Source: Octopus vulgaris
Taxonomy: Eukaryota
DNA: 64,000 nucleotides
Assembly (NCBI GenBank): GCA_951406725.2
Contig: OX597832.1
Location: 4,340,001 to 4,404,000 of the forward strand
Reading direction: 5' to 3'
A program made the position numbers and the translations under genes. Positions 50,137-63,400 of the stretch are shown piece by piece; position 1 is the first letter of the stretch; every line of letters starts with the position of its first letter. The notes below the pieces were generated by a model that was given only the letters and a program-made list of their open reading frames with translations, was not told where the DNA came from and made no database searches.

Positions 50137-53100
50137 ATATAAATAAAATACAAATATATGCATATACACATATGTATATGTACATACCTACATCTATATG
50201 TATATATACATGAATATATATGGGTACAGGACATCAACAAAAAAATCGTTGAACACAATGAGAAACGAAAACATAAAAACAAAATCATGGAAACGAACTT
50301 TTTTTTCAAACAACGAAAAAACAGAGTACATGACATACAACACAAGGAATATTTCCCTTCTTCAGTTGTCCCTCTTTCGTCTACTCTGCATTTCGAAGGT
50401 AAGGACAAGACGCAACTTCATTGAAACAGTTCTTCCCGCAAAGCAAATTAAATAAAATTTTGGTGTTTTTGTGGAGGGGTAAAAGTGGTAACAAGAACAG
50501 GACAGTAAGAACAAAACAAGACAGTAAAAACAATAAAAAAGTAAAAACAGTAAAAGACAGAACAAAGAGAATAGCACAGTAAAAACAAATGATGAGAGCT
50601 GTTAAGCCAAGACAATGGAAAAATTATTCTGAATACTTAAGGAGATAGCTTATGAGAGAGACAGGATAAGCAGTCTATGTATAAATAAATAAATGGAGTT
50701 AAATACAGGTGTTATTCAAATTCTTTTACTTCTAACACATGTTTCAAAGATATCACTGATATTATTCCAAAGGAATAAAATGGTGTAAAACCATGTAATC
50801 TTCTCTTCAGGGAAATGAAGAAATAAAACTCGTCAATGAGACATTTTAACAGAAAATGATGGATATGTATAGTGATGAACTGAATGCTATTGATATTAGT
50901 CTGTTAAATAAGAATCCATTTACTAATACTAACATTAATGTCTTTTAGTGTTCAATCTAAAGCTTCAAGAGCTCCTTTGTGTGCCAAAGTGCATTCATCC
51001 CACACAGTGAGCTGACACCTCAGCACTTTTATGTTGTCTGAGCTCTTACTGATGTGGCAAGTAGGTATGCTAGATCTTGTCATGGCATATATATTTTATA
51101 TGTTCAAATCCTGCCAAGATCATCTTTATACATATATTAACTTAGGGCCTTTATTAAAAAGACTCCTGAAAGAAAAGGGAAATCGAGATGCTATGAATAA
51201 TTTTTCTAGAATCTTTCAGTTCATTTTGAATTTATGTTGTTACCAGAATCAGCAACTCAGTTTTTATATATGGAAGCCACCCTCTGCGTTAACTTCTCCA
51301 TTGCATTAGTATCTCTTGTTGCTATTACATGTGTTTCTTGTCTTATACATGTCACAGACCATTTTGTTTTCTTCCATTTTAGCAAATACATTATTTCTTA
51401 AGCTCTGTCTTAATTGCATAAATCTTACTCATCTTTATGTAATTTTTTGTGAAAAGAGAAACAACTTTCTTTTGTTTATTCCAGTGATACAGCTGCTATT
51501 TTTTAATTATGTGGTTTAACCCTTAAGCCGTATCCAGCTCAAATATTCTACATATTTTATGTTAAAACTGACCAGATCCATCTCCTCATACCTACCCTAT
51601 TGAAATCTTGAAACTACAAGATAATCTGGGATTAATTCAAAACAATGTCAATAAATATGCATTACATTTGACAAAGAAATGCAAATGCTAAAGAGCTAAA
51701 ATATGAGTATATTTCGGTTGTTTACTATTCAAAGTGCCATACTTGCTACAGTGGAAAATTATTAGAATCATTACAGCATTAAATAAACTGCTTTATGATA
51801 TTTTGTTCAAGCAGTGATGTGTATAAATGCAATGTTATTGCCACCATTTGTCTTCAGCGAGAAATTTTCTCCTTAACAAAATGACTTTGCCATATCCTGA
51901 ACGCCTTACTTCCTTGGGCATAGACACATTGAAACTCCGACGTCTGGCAGCTGACTTGGCAGACACCCATAAAATTATCAACCATCATACAAACAATAAC
52001 TTCGAGCACCTTTTCAAACTCCACCCATCTAACACCCGTGGACATATTTACAAAGTCAGAAAACAGCACAGCTCCCATGACTTCAGGAAACATTTTTTCA
52101 CGCTGAGAGTTGCTGAAGCATCGAACAAACTGCCAGCATCAGTTGTTAGTTGTCGGAGCACTACATCCTTCAAAACTTCCATGCTTTCTGAGATTCGCCA
52201 ACTCTACACCTGATTTTCTCCCCTCCATACACACACAGGCATGTATCTGACTCATACATTGTTCGCTTTCCAGACATTTTTACATTACTGCATGTAATTT
52301 ATATGCACTTTCTGACAAGTTGTGGTGCACCTGAGCACTGTATACAATTATTATTATTATGAGTTTGAACATTCCTCAAGCATATTTGAACTGGTGATAA
52401 CATGGCATATATTTTATATGTTCAAATCTTGCCAAGATCATCTTTACTTTCGATTGTTCTGAGAATTACTAAAAATATAGAGCCAATTCAAGTTGATGCA
52501 TTCGTGTAAGAGCGTTTGGAGTAAAGTGCATCACAGTATATTGTTCTAAGTGGAAGCGCATGGCTTAGTGTTGGACTCCTGATCATAAGATTGTGGTTTT
52601 GATTCCTAGACTGGGCAATGAGTTGTGTTCTTGGACAGAGCACTTCATTTCATGTTGCTCCAGTTCGCTTAGTTAGTAAAAATGAGTAATCCTGTGGAGG
52701 ACCAATGTTCTATCCAGGGAGAATTATATACACCAGAGAAACTGAGGAACTGGCCCTATGCTTTTTTCAGAGTAATCTGGACAAACCCCCATCTTGTTCT
52801 GAGTAGCCAGGTAGTATAGTAAAGTAGTTTGTATTTGGCTAATAAGTATTGAAAAATACTTGAAGGAAGCAATGTAAACCATCTTTATCTTCTCCCATTA
52901 AAATTATGATAAGCATACAACAGTTGACAAGTAAGTCTCCAAGGGCCATTGATGATCTGACAGTATAACAAAGAAAAACTACGCTTGCTTCAGAAAAAAT
53001 TTGATATTATTAAAAGGAAATGCTACTTTGAAAAAAAATAAACATATGAACCAGTTGTTATTTGTTTTTTACAACTATTTTGTGCTGAAAATTCTTGTCT

Positions 53101-53586
53101 AATGCATATAAAGAAATATGAAAAGGAAAAAAAAACTGTTATTTATTTTTTAGTTTAATTTTATTTATTTATTTTTACATCGTTGATAGAAGAAACATAT
53201 CTGCTAAACCTCATATTTTTGTTTATAATTTACAGATTACTGGCATTACCATTCTTGCTATTGGGATATGGACAAAAGTACAGTTATATCTCTACATGGA
53301 ATTGTCCACATTGTATTATAAAGAAGCTCCTTATGTTCTCATTGGAGTTGGTGCTGTCATTGTCCTTGTTGGATCCATTGGTTGTTGCTGTACTGTTAAA
53401 GGAAATTCCTGTTTGCTTTACATTGTAAGTATTCTATCAGCATTCTAGACATCTTAATGTTATGGTTGTGAATATACTAATTAACAATGTTAAAATTTCA
53501 TGTATATTAATAGGTGCTTTCAACCATGTGAGTGGATTTAGTAAACAGAAACTGAAAGAAGCCCATTGTGTGTGTGTGTATATATA

Positions 53587-53651
<65 letters not shown>

Positions 53652-56162
53652 GTGTGTGTCTGTGTCTGCATTCATCCCTCACCATCACTTGAAAATTTTA
53701 TATTTCATACTGTCTATAGCCCAGGCTCCTTTGTCTGCTCTTACTTTTACATGGGAGGGTTGCTGATTTTTTAAAATCTCCAGCAGTTGTATTTTCAGGT
53801 GGGATTTTTCACTGCTTTCAACTTGTTTGTTTAGATGATTTGAAATTTTTGTATGAAGTCTAAGAATTTTCCTCTCCCTGGGGATTTTGTTCTTGTGTAA
53901 AGTGGCCTTTCTCTCCAGGACACATTCATATATATATATATATATATACACTCATAACCCATTTTATATGTTCATAATCCATATTGTGCTGGTATTTTAG
54001 TTATTACTTTTCATCAAAGGTGATTTTGTTTAGTTATATGCCTGACTTAAACAGTTAAAGCTACCTTACATCAATTACAACTGGGTTTTTTTAATGAATA
54101 TTATTTGTTACTTTGATTCAATTTTCAGTATGCTGGATTTTTGGTGGTTGTCTTCGTGGTTGAACTCAGTACTGGAATTGCAGGCTTTATCTTCAAGAAT
54201 AAGGTAAATTTGCTAATCTTGTTCTTTTTGTAATGTTACATTTCATAACCTAAATCTCACTCAATATAGATAGTTTCTCTTTTATGGTTTTATTTATTAT
54301 GATGTCTTAGTAAAATATAAATTTCTTCACAGTCCATCATATACCTCAGTAATTCTCAACCAGGGTCTATATGGCCGGGGGGGGGGGGGCATATAAGATT
54401 TTTTTGTTAAAAATTTATATACAATAAATTGATCATACTTCTACAATACGCAAAATATTTTAGAAATTTTCTTATACAGTTCCTGATAATATTTAATTAT
54501 AAAAATATATAAAAGGATTTTTTAAAAATTGAATGGCATTGAAGATCAGACCTGAGTAAAATTGGAACCAAAGGAGTCCATAGGCATGTTTAAGAACTAC
54601 TGATTTAGCTCACTGTGGGTAAGGGTTGGATGGGGAGTGGATGGATGTGGGCTGGGTGGAGGTGATGGAAATGGGGGAAGAGGAAGTGAGAGCAGGTGTT
54701 TAAGTGGACTAAGAAAGGAGAGTGGGAGATGTGGGAATAGATACACGGGCAGAAACATTTACACACACACACACATCTGTTGTAATAAGATATGTGTTCC
54801 GAAAGGAAATAAAATGTTGTACAACTTCTGTTAATTAAACTCGTCACACATATGCTCAATAATAATTTCTAAGTTAGACAGGCCTGAAATTTAGAGGTAG
54901 GATAAGTCTATAAATTCAACTCAGAACTTGACTGATTCTTTATTTTATCAACACTACAAGGATGAAAGTTGTACATAAATTTTTCTAATTTTTGGCACAA
55001 GGCCAGCAATTTTAGAAGAAGGAACCAATTGATTACATCGACCCCAGTGCTTGACTAATACTTATATTACCGGCCCCAAAAGGATTAAAGGCAAAGTCAA
55101 CCTAGGTGAAATTTGAACTCAAAATCAAAGAGCAACCAGTCTTTGCAAAGATCATAGATCCTCTTCTGGTAAAATTAACACCAACTCAAACACTTTAAAA
55201 AGTACTCACAACAAAATTACAAATAATAATAATAATAATAATAATATAACAACAAAAGTGCTGGAAGAAATGTCATAAAACATTTTGTCCAATTTGCTAA
55301 CTGTTCTGCTGGTTTTCTGCCTTAGAAGTTTTACATAATAATGATAATGCAGACTTGCTCTAGATGCATCAATACACTAATATGCTTCTGCTGCAAGCAA
55401 CTGGAATAAATAAAATTCAAGTGTCTGTACTCTTAGTGTTTTGTTATTTTGAATGTCTTAATATGGTACCAGAATTTAACCATAACCATAGAGCAGCTTG
55501 AACATGAAGAATCAAATAGAAAGATAGATAGATTGTAGGCTAAGTGGAATAATATTAGTGAGCATAGTTTAAGAAGCTGTGCACTGCAAAGAATATTCTT
55601 TTAGTTATTAGAAGCTCCATATTTGATATGTCCCCATTTACAAGATTATTTCTTGATCCACCATATTCTGTCATTATGGCCACACAGTTCAATGGCACTA
55701 CAATCCTAATATTCACAAGGACATACACATACATACACAACTGCAGCTGAGACAACACAGACAGAAATGGAGATATCAGCATGCTTATATATGGAACTAA
55801 ATTATAGCTGTCACATGCTAGATATCACAAAGTCTCAAAAGGCTGTATCCCAACAGACTGATGACTCAAATAGGATTGGTAACAGTCAATGTCATTCAGA
55901 TACAACAACAACATCAAACACAAAACTATCAGCAAAAACTTATATGCTCTTTGCTCTTTTGCTTGTTTCAGTCATTTGACTGTGGCCATGCTGGAGCACT
56001 GCCTTTAGTCGATCAAATCGACCCCAGGACTTATTCTTTGTAAGCAGAGTACTTATTCTATCGGTCTCTTGCCAAACTGCTAAGTTACGGGAACGAAAAT
56101 ACTCCAGCATCGGTTGTCAAGCGATGTTGGGGGGACAAACACAGGCACACAAACATATACAT

Positions 56163-56217
<55 letters not shown>

Positions 56218-57437
56218 TACGACGGGCTTCTTTCAGTTTCCGTCTACCAAATCCACTGACAAGGCTTTGGTCAGCCTGAGGCTATAGTAGAAGACACTTG
56301 CCCAAGGTGCCAAGCAGTGGGACTGAACCTGGAACTATGTGGTTGGTAAGCAAGCTGTAAATTCTTTCACATCAGCATTCCCTAAGTCTGCCCACTGAAG
56401 GCTCAACATTTCTTTGCTGTATGAAAAGAAAAAAAGATGGGGAAGATTTGTTAGTCATAGATTACATCTACCAAAAACCATCCCACAAATGTTCAAATGA
56501 TTAAGAAACAATAGACAGAGCATCACTGTTGACTTAAGATATTGAATTTCACTTAAACTTTGTGAGAAGGACATAGCATAACACAATCTTTTGTAAAACT
56601 GCAAATAAAACTATGACAGCAACAGCTGGTCCACTAATCCTAGGTCGTCCAATTTGCCATATGTTGGTTTAGTCACTTTAAGCTATTTACTGATAGTTCA
56701 GATAAATAAATCACAATAAATAGTTCCTGATTAACTGTAGGCAGTATGCAAAAACAAAGATTCTTTCAGAATACCATGATATATATTTACAGACATCAAA
56801 TGTTTCAAAGGAATCTACTCATCAATCTCAAAGGATGAAAGGTAAAGTTGACCTTGTTGGAATTTGAACTCTGTGCATAAAGAGTCAAAAGTGCCTCAAA
56901 GCACTTTGTCTGGTGCATTAATAATTCTACCAAGAAATATTTTTACAGAAACATTCCAGTCACTTTGTCCTTCCATAGTGCAGAGAATAAATGGATTTTA
57001 TTAATGCAACCATTGTCACTTTAGACTCAAGTTATCTTCAAGATACAACTGTACAACTGCCCGTGATATAGGAGTAATTAACAAGGGAGACAACTTCCAT
57101 ATCGTTCTTACTCGGAAGATAATCCAAGTCCCATTTGTTCATTTAAAGATCTAACTGAAATTGGCCTAAAATGTACAAACTCATTTGATGCCTGATGTTG
57201 TAAAATTACTATAATGTTATACATAACTATAAGATAGTGAAGCTTTGTGTTTTACAACACATTAATAATTTTTTAAAATTATATTTACATAATTTTTTAA
57301 ATATTATTCACTAATTAATTGAACAAATGAAATTGTTTTCAATTTCTGCAGCATCCTCTTTGATTTAAGATTTCAAACTTGTGTTTCAACTAATTTCAGA
57401 ATAAAAATTTAATAAATTTTAATTTAATCTTTTATAT

Positions 57438-57472
<35 letters not shown>

Positions 57473-60400
57473 TATTAATAATAACAATAATATAAGTAGT
57501 CAGCAAGCATTAAAACCAATAAAGAGCAAATCCATAAATTTTATAATTGATAATTATAATTGAGAGTACACGAGGCACCAACGTTGCTGTAAATAAGAGT
57601 AAAAAAATACTAATAAACCAACATTTCACCGAAGGCACAAGCTGGCAAAAACTGGGGGACAAGTAAAGAAATTAACTTGCCATTGCAGGTGATAGTCACA
57701 AATGAGGCAAGAGATATCCCTATATCATATGATTTTGAGCTTTTAGCTCTTATTTCTCATCAGCATATTCTCTGGGAATGTACAAAAACCCTTTTCAGAA
57801 TTATTTACTTTGAACTGTTATTATCTCATATCTGATTAGCCTGTTATTACATAACATGCTTCACGATTTTAGTATACATACCTTATAGTATTTCTTCCTC
57901 AGTTCTATATACCCTGGGAATGCATTAGGGCCCTTTTCAGGGCTACTTTATTTGAATTCTTACTATTGGTTAACTAATTTCATGTTATTACATAACAGAC
58001 TTCATAATTTGGGTATTCACAACTTATTTGGAATTCCTAAAAACAAGATCTTGTGTAAGACAGTTCGGTATTCTCTATAAATGCACAAAAACCATTTTAA
58101 GGGCTACATACTTTGTATTGTTGTTATTGGATTAGCAAAACAATTATGAGAACAGAACCAAGGGATAAGCCCTGCTTTCCCGGGATTTACTGGGTACAAC
58201 AGCTAGTATACATATATTTGCACATCATATGATTTTATATTATATGAAAACATATACATATATATTACAAAGATCTACTTGCATAGCAAGTGACTTGATC
58301 TGAGATTGTGTGCTGAAACAAAAACAATTGCAACATGGAAGGTGTTTATAAGCCATTTAAAAACACAAAAACAATTAGATTCACTTCAACATTTAAATTT
58401 AATTTGTCAAAATATTTTTGTCGCCTTGAAGCTGCGACCTGTTCACTCATGGAATTTTGTCAGTGAACAGGTCATGGTTTCAAAGTGACGAAAATATTTT
58501 GATGAACTGAATTTAAATGTTGAAGTGAATCTAATTTGTGTGTATAAACACCTTCCATGCAGCAATTGTATACATATATATGTTCTTACATTCTTATTTT
58601 TACATAATTTATTCTCAGCTTGAAAAGGGATTCCAAGTTGGTTTACGTACTGCTTTAGATCACTATGAGGACAAGGACTATGCTCCCAGCAGTAATGCAA
58701 TTGATGGTTTGCAGAAGACCGTGAGTATTCAGAATTTTTTTTTAATGATTTCCCAGCGAGGGAGTTTTGTTTCATGGATTTTTTTTCCTTTTCCAGGCTA
58801 TTTTGCATGCTTTAAACGAATGTGACATCAGAATCACACATAAACAGCTCCTTTCCCTGGAAAAGGAAAGATTTGGCTGCTATTTCTTTCATACCCTGCT
58901 ACTACATAACAGGTATTTCGGGTCCTGTATCACAAATAGCTGTCACGTGGTAGCACGGCGTATTAGAAATAGCAGCCAAATCTTTGGAACTAAGATATGT
59001 TGAATGCACTCGAAAAATTTTTGTAATGGTATTCCTTTGGGGCAATCTTTTGTTTTGACTCTCAGAACTGTCGCTTTGACTCTTAGAACTCTCATCCAGA
59101 TCAGCTGGTTTTGATAATTAATTTCTATAAAAAATGTTATTTATTTGCTTTTGTTTTAAAGTGAAAGAGAGGGGAACATGAAAAATGTATGAACAGGTGT
59201 ATGAAATGGACGTTTATGTGTGTGTGTGAGAGGGAGAATACTGCTTACACATACATGAGAACACACACACATTCAATCACTCCCACACATGCACTCACAC
59301 ACATGAACACGTACATACAAAAAAGATGTACACACATGTATTGATGTATGTACATATACATGACAACAGACCCTTTCACTCTCTCTCTCTCTCTCTTACA
59401 CACACATATCCATTTCGTATACACATACATATATCTTTCACTTTCTCCTCTCTTTCACTTTGAAATAAAAGTAAATAAATAAAAACATTTTGTGGAAATT
59501 AATGACTTGAAAAATAATTAAAAAAGAACATTAAAATATTGTCTGTTTAAAGAAAGCTAAAATATAAATACTTACTGTACAAACAACTTACATTTTTGAA
59601 ATCACATTCAGTTCAAAATATTTCTAAAGGATTGTGTACATTAAGAAGTCAACATTTTTTTTTACTTAGCATGAAGGTTATGTGTGTGTATATGTCACAA
59701 ATAACAGATGTGTTTGTGTTGATTCACATGCCATGACATTCATTATATGTGTGTGTATTCTGTATATGTGTATGTGTTGACGTTATGAGTAAACACAAAA
59801 ATTGTGTTGACTTGTTTTCATTAATAAATATAGTTCTAAATGTCACAAAAATTTGTACTGCACTGCCAAAGGTAAGTATGAAAATAAATATGCAAAAAAA
59901 GATAAAATGTACTATTTCTGAGATATTTCAGGTACACACAAACATCCCTAGAACTTTAGTATTATTAAGATAGATACCTACTTATATTTATTGAATAGCT
60001 AAATTATATTTTTGATAAGATATTGTTTCTTATATTAGTAAAGGTAAAGGAAGACATACAAATGCGCATACATGTGTGTATGTGTGTCTGCATTTATGCT
60101 TATTGATGTGAGAGCCAGTGTTGTGTCAAAAGTAAGTTAACCTTTCAATAAATATAGACTGGTAAAAATAAGTACCAGGTTTGAAGTAATCCCTGGAGTC
60201 TATAAGATTACTTATACATCTGCATGCATACATAAATGCATGCACACTTGCAGGAACTCTGAATAAGAATTGATTCAGAGTGTCAACTCATCAGACCCAT
60301 GTCTACATAGGAAATTAAATGTAAAATGAAGACAGTGAACATGGCCTAGTGGTTAGGGTATTTGGCTCACAATCATAATGTTCAATTCTTAGGCCTGGTG

Positions 60401-63400
60401 CCACATTATGTCTGTGAGCAAAACACTTCTTTCATGTTGCTCTAGTTTACTCAGCTGAAAATAAATACCAGCCATGTGGTAATGCAGTTCTCTCTCTCTC
60501 TCTCCCTCCCTCCCTCTGGCTATCTCATTCTGTATGTGTTGATGAGTAAAAGGATGGAACAGATGAGAGGATGTCTATGTCAGTGCACAACTACATAAAC
60601 ACCTAAAACAATTAGCAAAAACATGGTACATGTTACGAAGCCATATTCGTTTTTTGGTGATGACTGGCTCTTTAATATATATATAAATATATATATATAT
60701 AAAGTTAATGAAAACACAACAATGCGAGGACGTGGAACAAATATAGTATTATTAGATGCTCAAGCAAGAAGGGAAGAAGGAGGGTTTTACGTTTCGAGCG
60801 GAGCTCTTCATCAGAAACATAGGAAAAGGAAAGATCCAGAGAAGGAAAGACGGAGGAAAGAAAATCGCCAACGGAACACACGTGGTCACATACACACACA
60901 CACACACATATATGTATAATCTAAACTAATATAAAAATATTTTTTAAAAAATAAAGTAATTTTCAGTTTTGTCTTCTATTTTACTACATCATTAAAATTG
61001 TTAACTTGGGGCCTGTCTATTTTTTGCTTCTCTTTAGCTGGACTGCTGTGGTATTAATAGCTATGAAGACTGGCTAAAAACAAAATGGAGCCAAGCAAAC
61101 CCTGATACCGTGCCAAAAAGCTGCTGTCGTAACCATGATAAATGTGATAATCGGATACCACGTGATAACTCGAGTGACATATTTCAGCAGGTATCTGCAA
61201 CTTTTTCCTTTTCAATATTTTAAAATAATTTAGCAACAAGTTTTGACTGGTTTATATATAATTAGTTATTCTTGACATCCTAAAGCAATATTATATGATT
61301 AACCCTTTAGCATTTAAACTGGCCATAGCCAGCCAAAATATTCTACCTGCTTAATGTCCAAACTGGTCAGATGTGAACTCCCACACCAATCCTACAATAT
61401 TATTTTAAAACTTAAGTTACCTCATCAAAATCTCAAAGCCACAAGATAATGCCTGATTAATTCAAAACAATTTGACTAAATAAGCATTACCTTTGACTTT
61501 GAGTCTGTCTTTAGATTTAAAATGGCTAACCTTGAAGTAATTGAGCCCCACCAAGGTTTATTTATACTTAGGAATTACTTGTCAATTCCTAAGCTATTGT
61601 ATTTCTGGGAGTTAGTCCCTCTTATAGATTCCTGATGTCCCTCCAATACTTTGATGACTTAATCTTCAGGAAACTCAAATGGTTGGTCAATATCAAACGC
61701 TCCCCAGACTCCAGTGACCAAGCTGCTCCACCCAAACAGTTTGGGGGTCTAGGCTTGCACAAGTGTTCATTTTCATCTCTTCCCTGTTTTCTTTCCTCCA
61801 TCCACACTTGCTCCTATTTGGTAGGCAACATCCTCTCCAACATGGACTAATTCCAACAGGGAGATGGATGAAGCTTTATCACAGTGGAGAGAGCTGGGTT
61901 TGTCAGTTCTGGTTGCAGTGGAGAATAGACAGGAAAAAGAGAGTATTTGACAATCTGCATTCAGGTACCACTTTCAACTCTCTCTTTGATCAATCTGATC
62001 AATTTTCAAGGTGTCACCTATTTTCTGCTAGTGCAAAATTCTCAGGGGACTGGATTGATGCCCTGCCTGTAGCCAACATTGGAGGTCTACTCAGTTTAGA
62101 CAAACTCCGCAACTCCATCACACTCAGAGTGAGAGCTGACATCTATAGATGACTGAGATGCTGCTGTGGTAGGCCTCTCAACCCAACAGGTCTTCATAGT
62201 CTGTTTAAATGCTGGTCTCTTTGCTCATCACACCAAGCTAAACCTAATCATTAAGCAGGCCCTAGCTCGGATTAATATTCCCTCAGTTCTGAAGCCATTG
62301 GGATTATCCAGATGTGATGGAAAGAGACCAGACGGTCTTACCCTCTGTCCCTGGTTTAGAGGTAGGTGCTTTATTTGGGATACCACAGTCTGCGACTCAT
62401 TTGCTCCTTCCCACATCCTCGATGCTGCAGTTAATGGGAGGGCCATTGCTTTTGTAGTCAAATGGAAAAAAAAACCCAGAAGTATTGGGACCTGACAGTG
62501 AAATGTCTCTTCCATCCTGTGGCGTTTGAGATGTTCAGAGGGACTTGGCCACTTACTGTGAAGTTCTTGTCAACGTTGGCAGCTTGCCTAACTGAGGTGA
62601 CAGTTGATGCCCGTGAGGATACTTGGCCTTCCCAATGCCTTAGCCATACCATCACCCATGACAGTGCAGTGAGCATACTGGCTTGCTTCAGTAGGTCCCG
62701 TTAAACCTTGTGGTGTGCAACCAATTGCTGTGATAAAAAAATTCTCCACAAATGGTTTCAATACAGTTTTAACAGAAAGATTTGGAAGTATTAGATGAAA
62801 GTTCTCTGGTAATTTTCTTTCATGTAAATATATGTTTAAGTTAATATAAAAAAAAATCAAATTGTTAATGTTCGTTGAGTTATTGAAGTTGACCTAGTTT
62901 AAGTTACTGTAAATTCTTTAACCTCAAGTGTACACTGGCTTTAATTTTTTATTGAAATTCAAAAAAATTAAATATTATTTGCTCACAATCTATTGTTCAT
63001 ATACTATAATATGTTATGGCAAAATGAAACACTTCTTGTAAACTAAAAAAAAAATCATTGAAATTCTCTCTCAAAGATTGTAAAAAGAGCACATTCAAAT
63101 GAAGAATGTTCAAATTAACTTCTACAGTTGCAATATATCAACACATCACTCTGTAAAGTGATTGGCATTAGGAAGGACTTCCAGCCATAGAAATTATGCC
63201 AAGGCTGATAATGGAGCCTGGTGCAGTTCTCTAACATTGCCAGCTCTTGTAGGTTGTCCAACCCATGCCGGCATGGAAGATGTTAAATGATGATAATGTT
63301 TCAAGTGTCAACATCCTGTAGCTACATGTCTAATGATTACATATAGCAAGTAACATTTGAACTAGTGAAGATCATTACTTAGATCATTACTTAGATCCAA

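Noticed and set aside
57728-57770. Hammerhead-like CTGATGA...GAGC/GCTC on the minus strand
   Set aside because: The GAAA box reads AAAA, seven extra nucleotides precede stem II, and stems I/III are not convincing.
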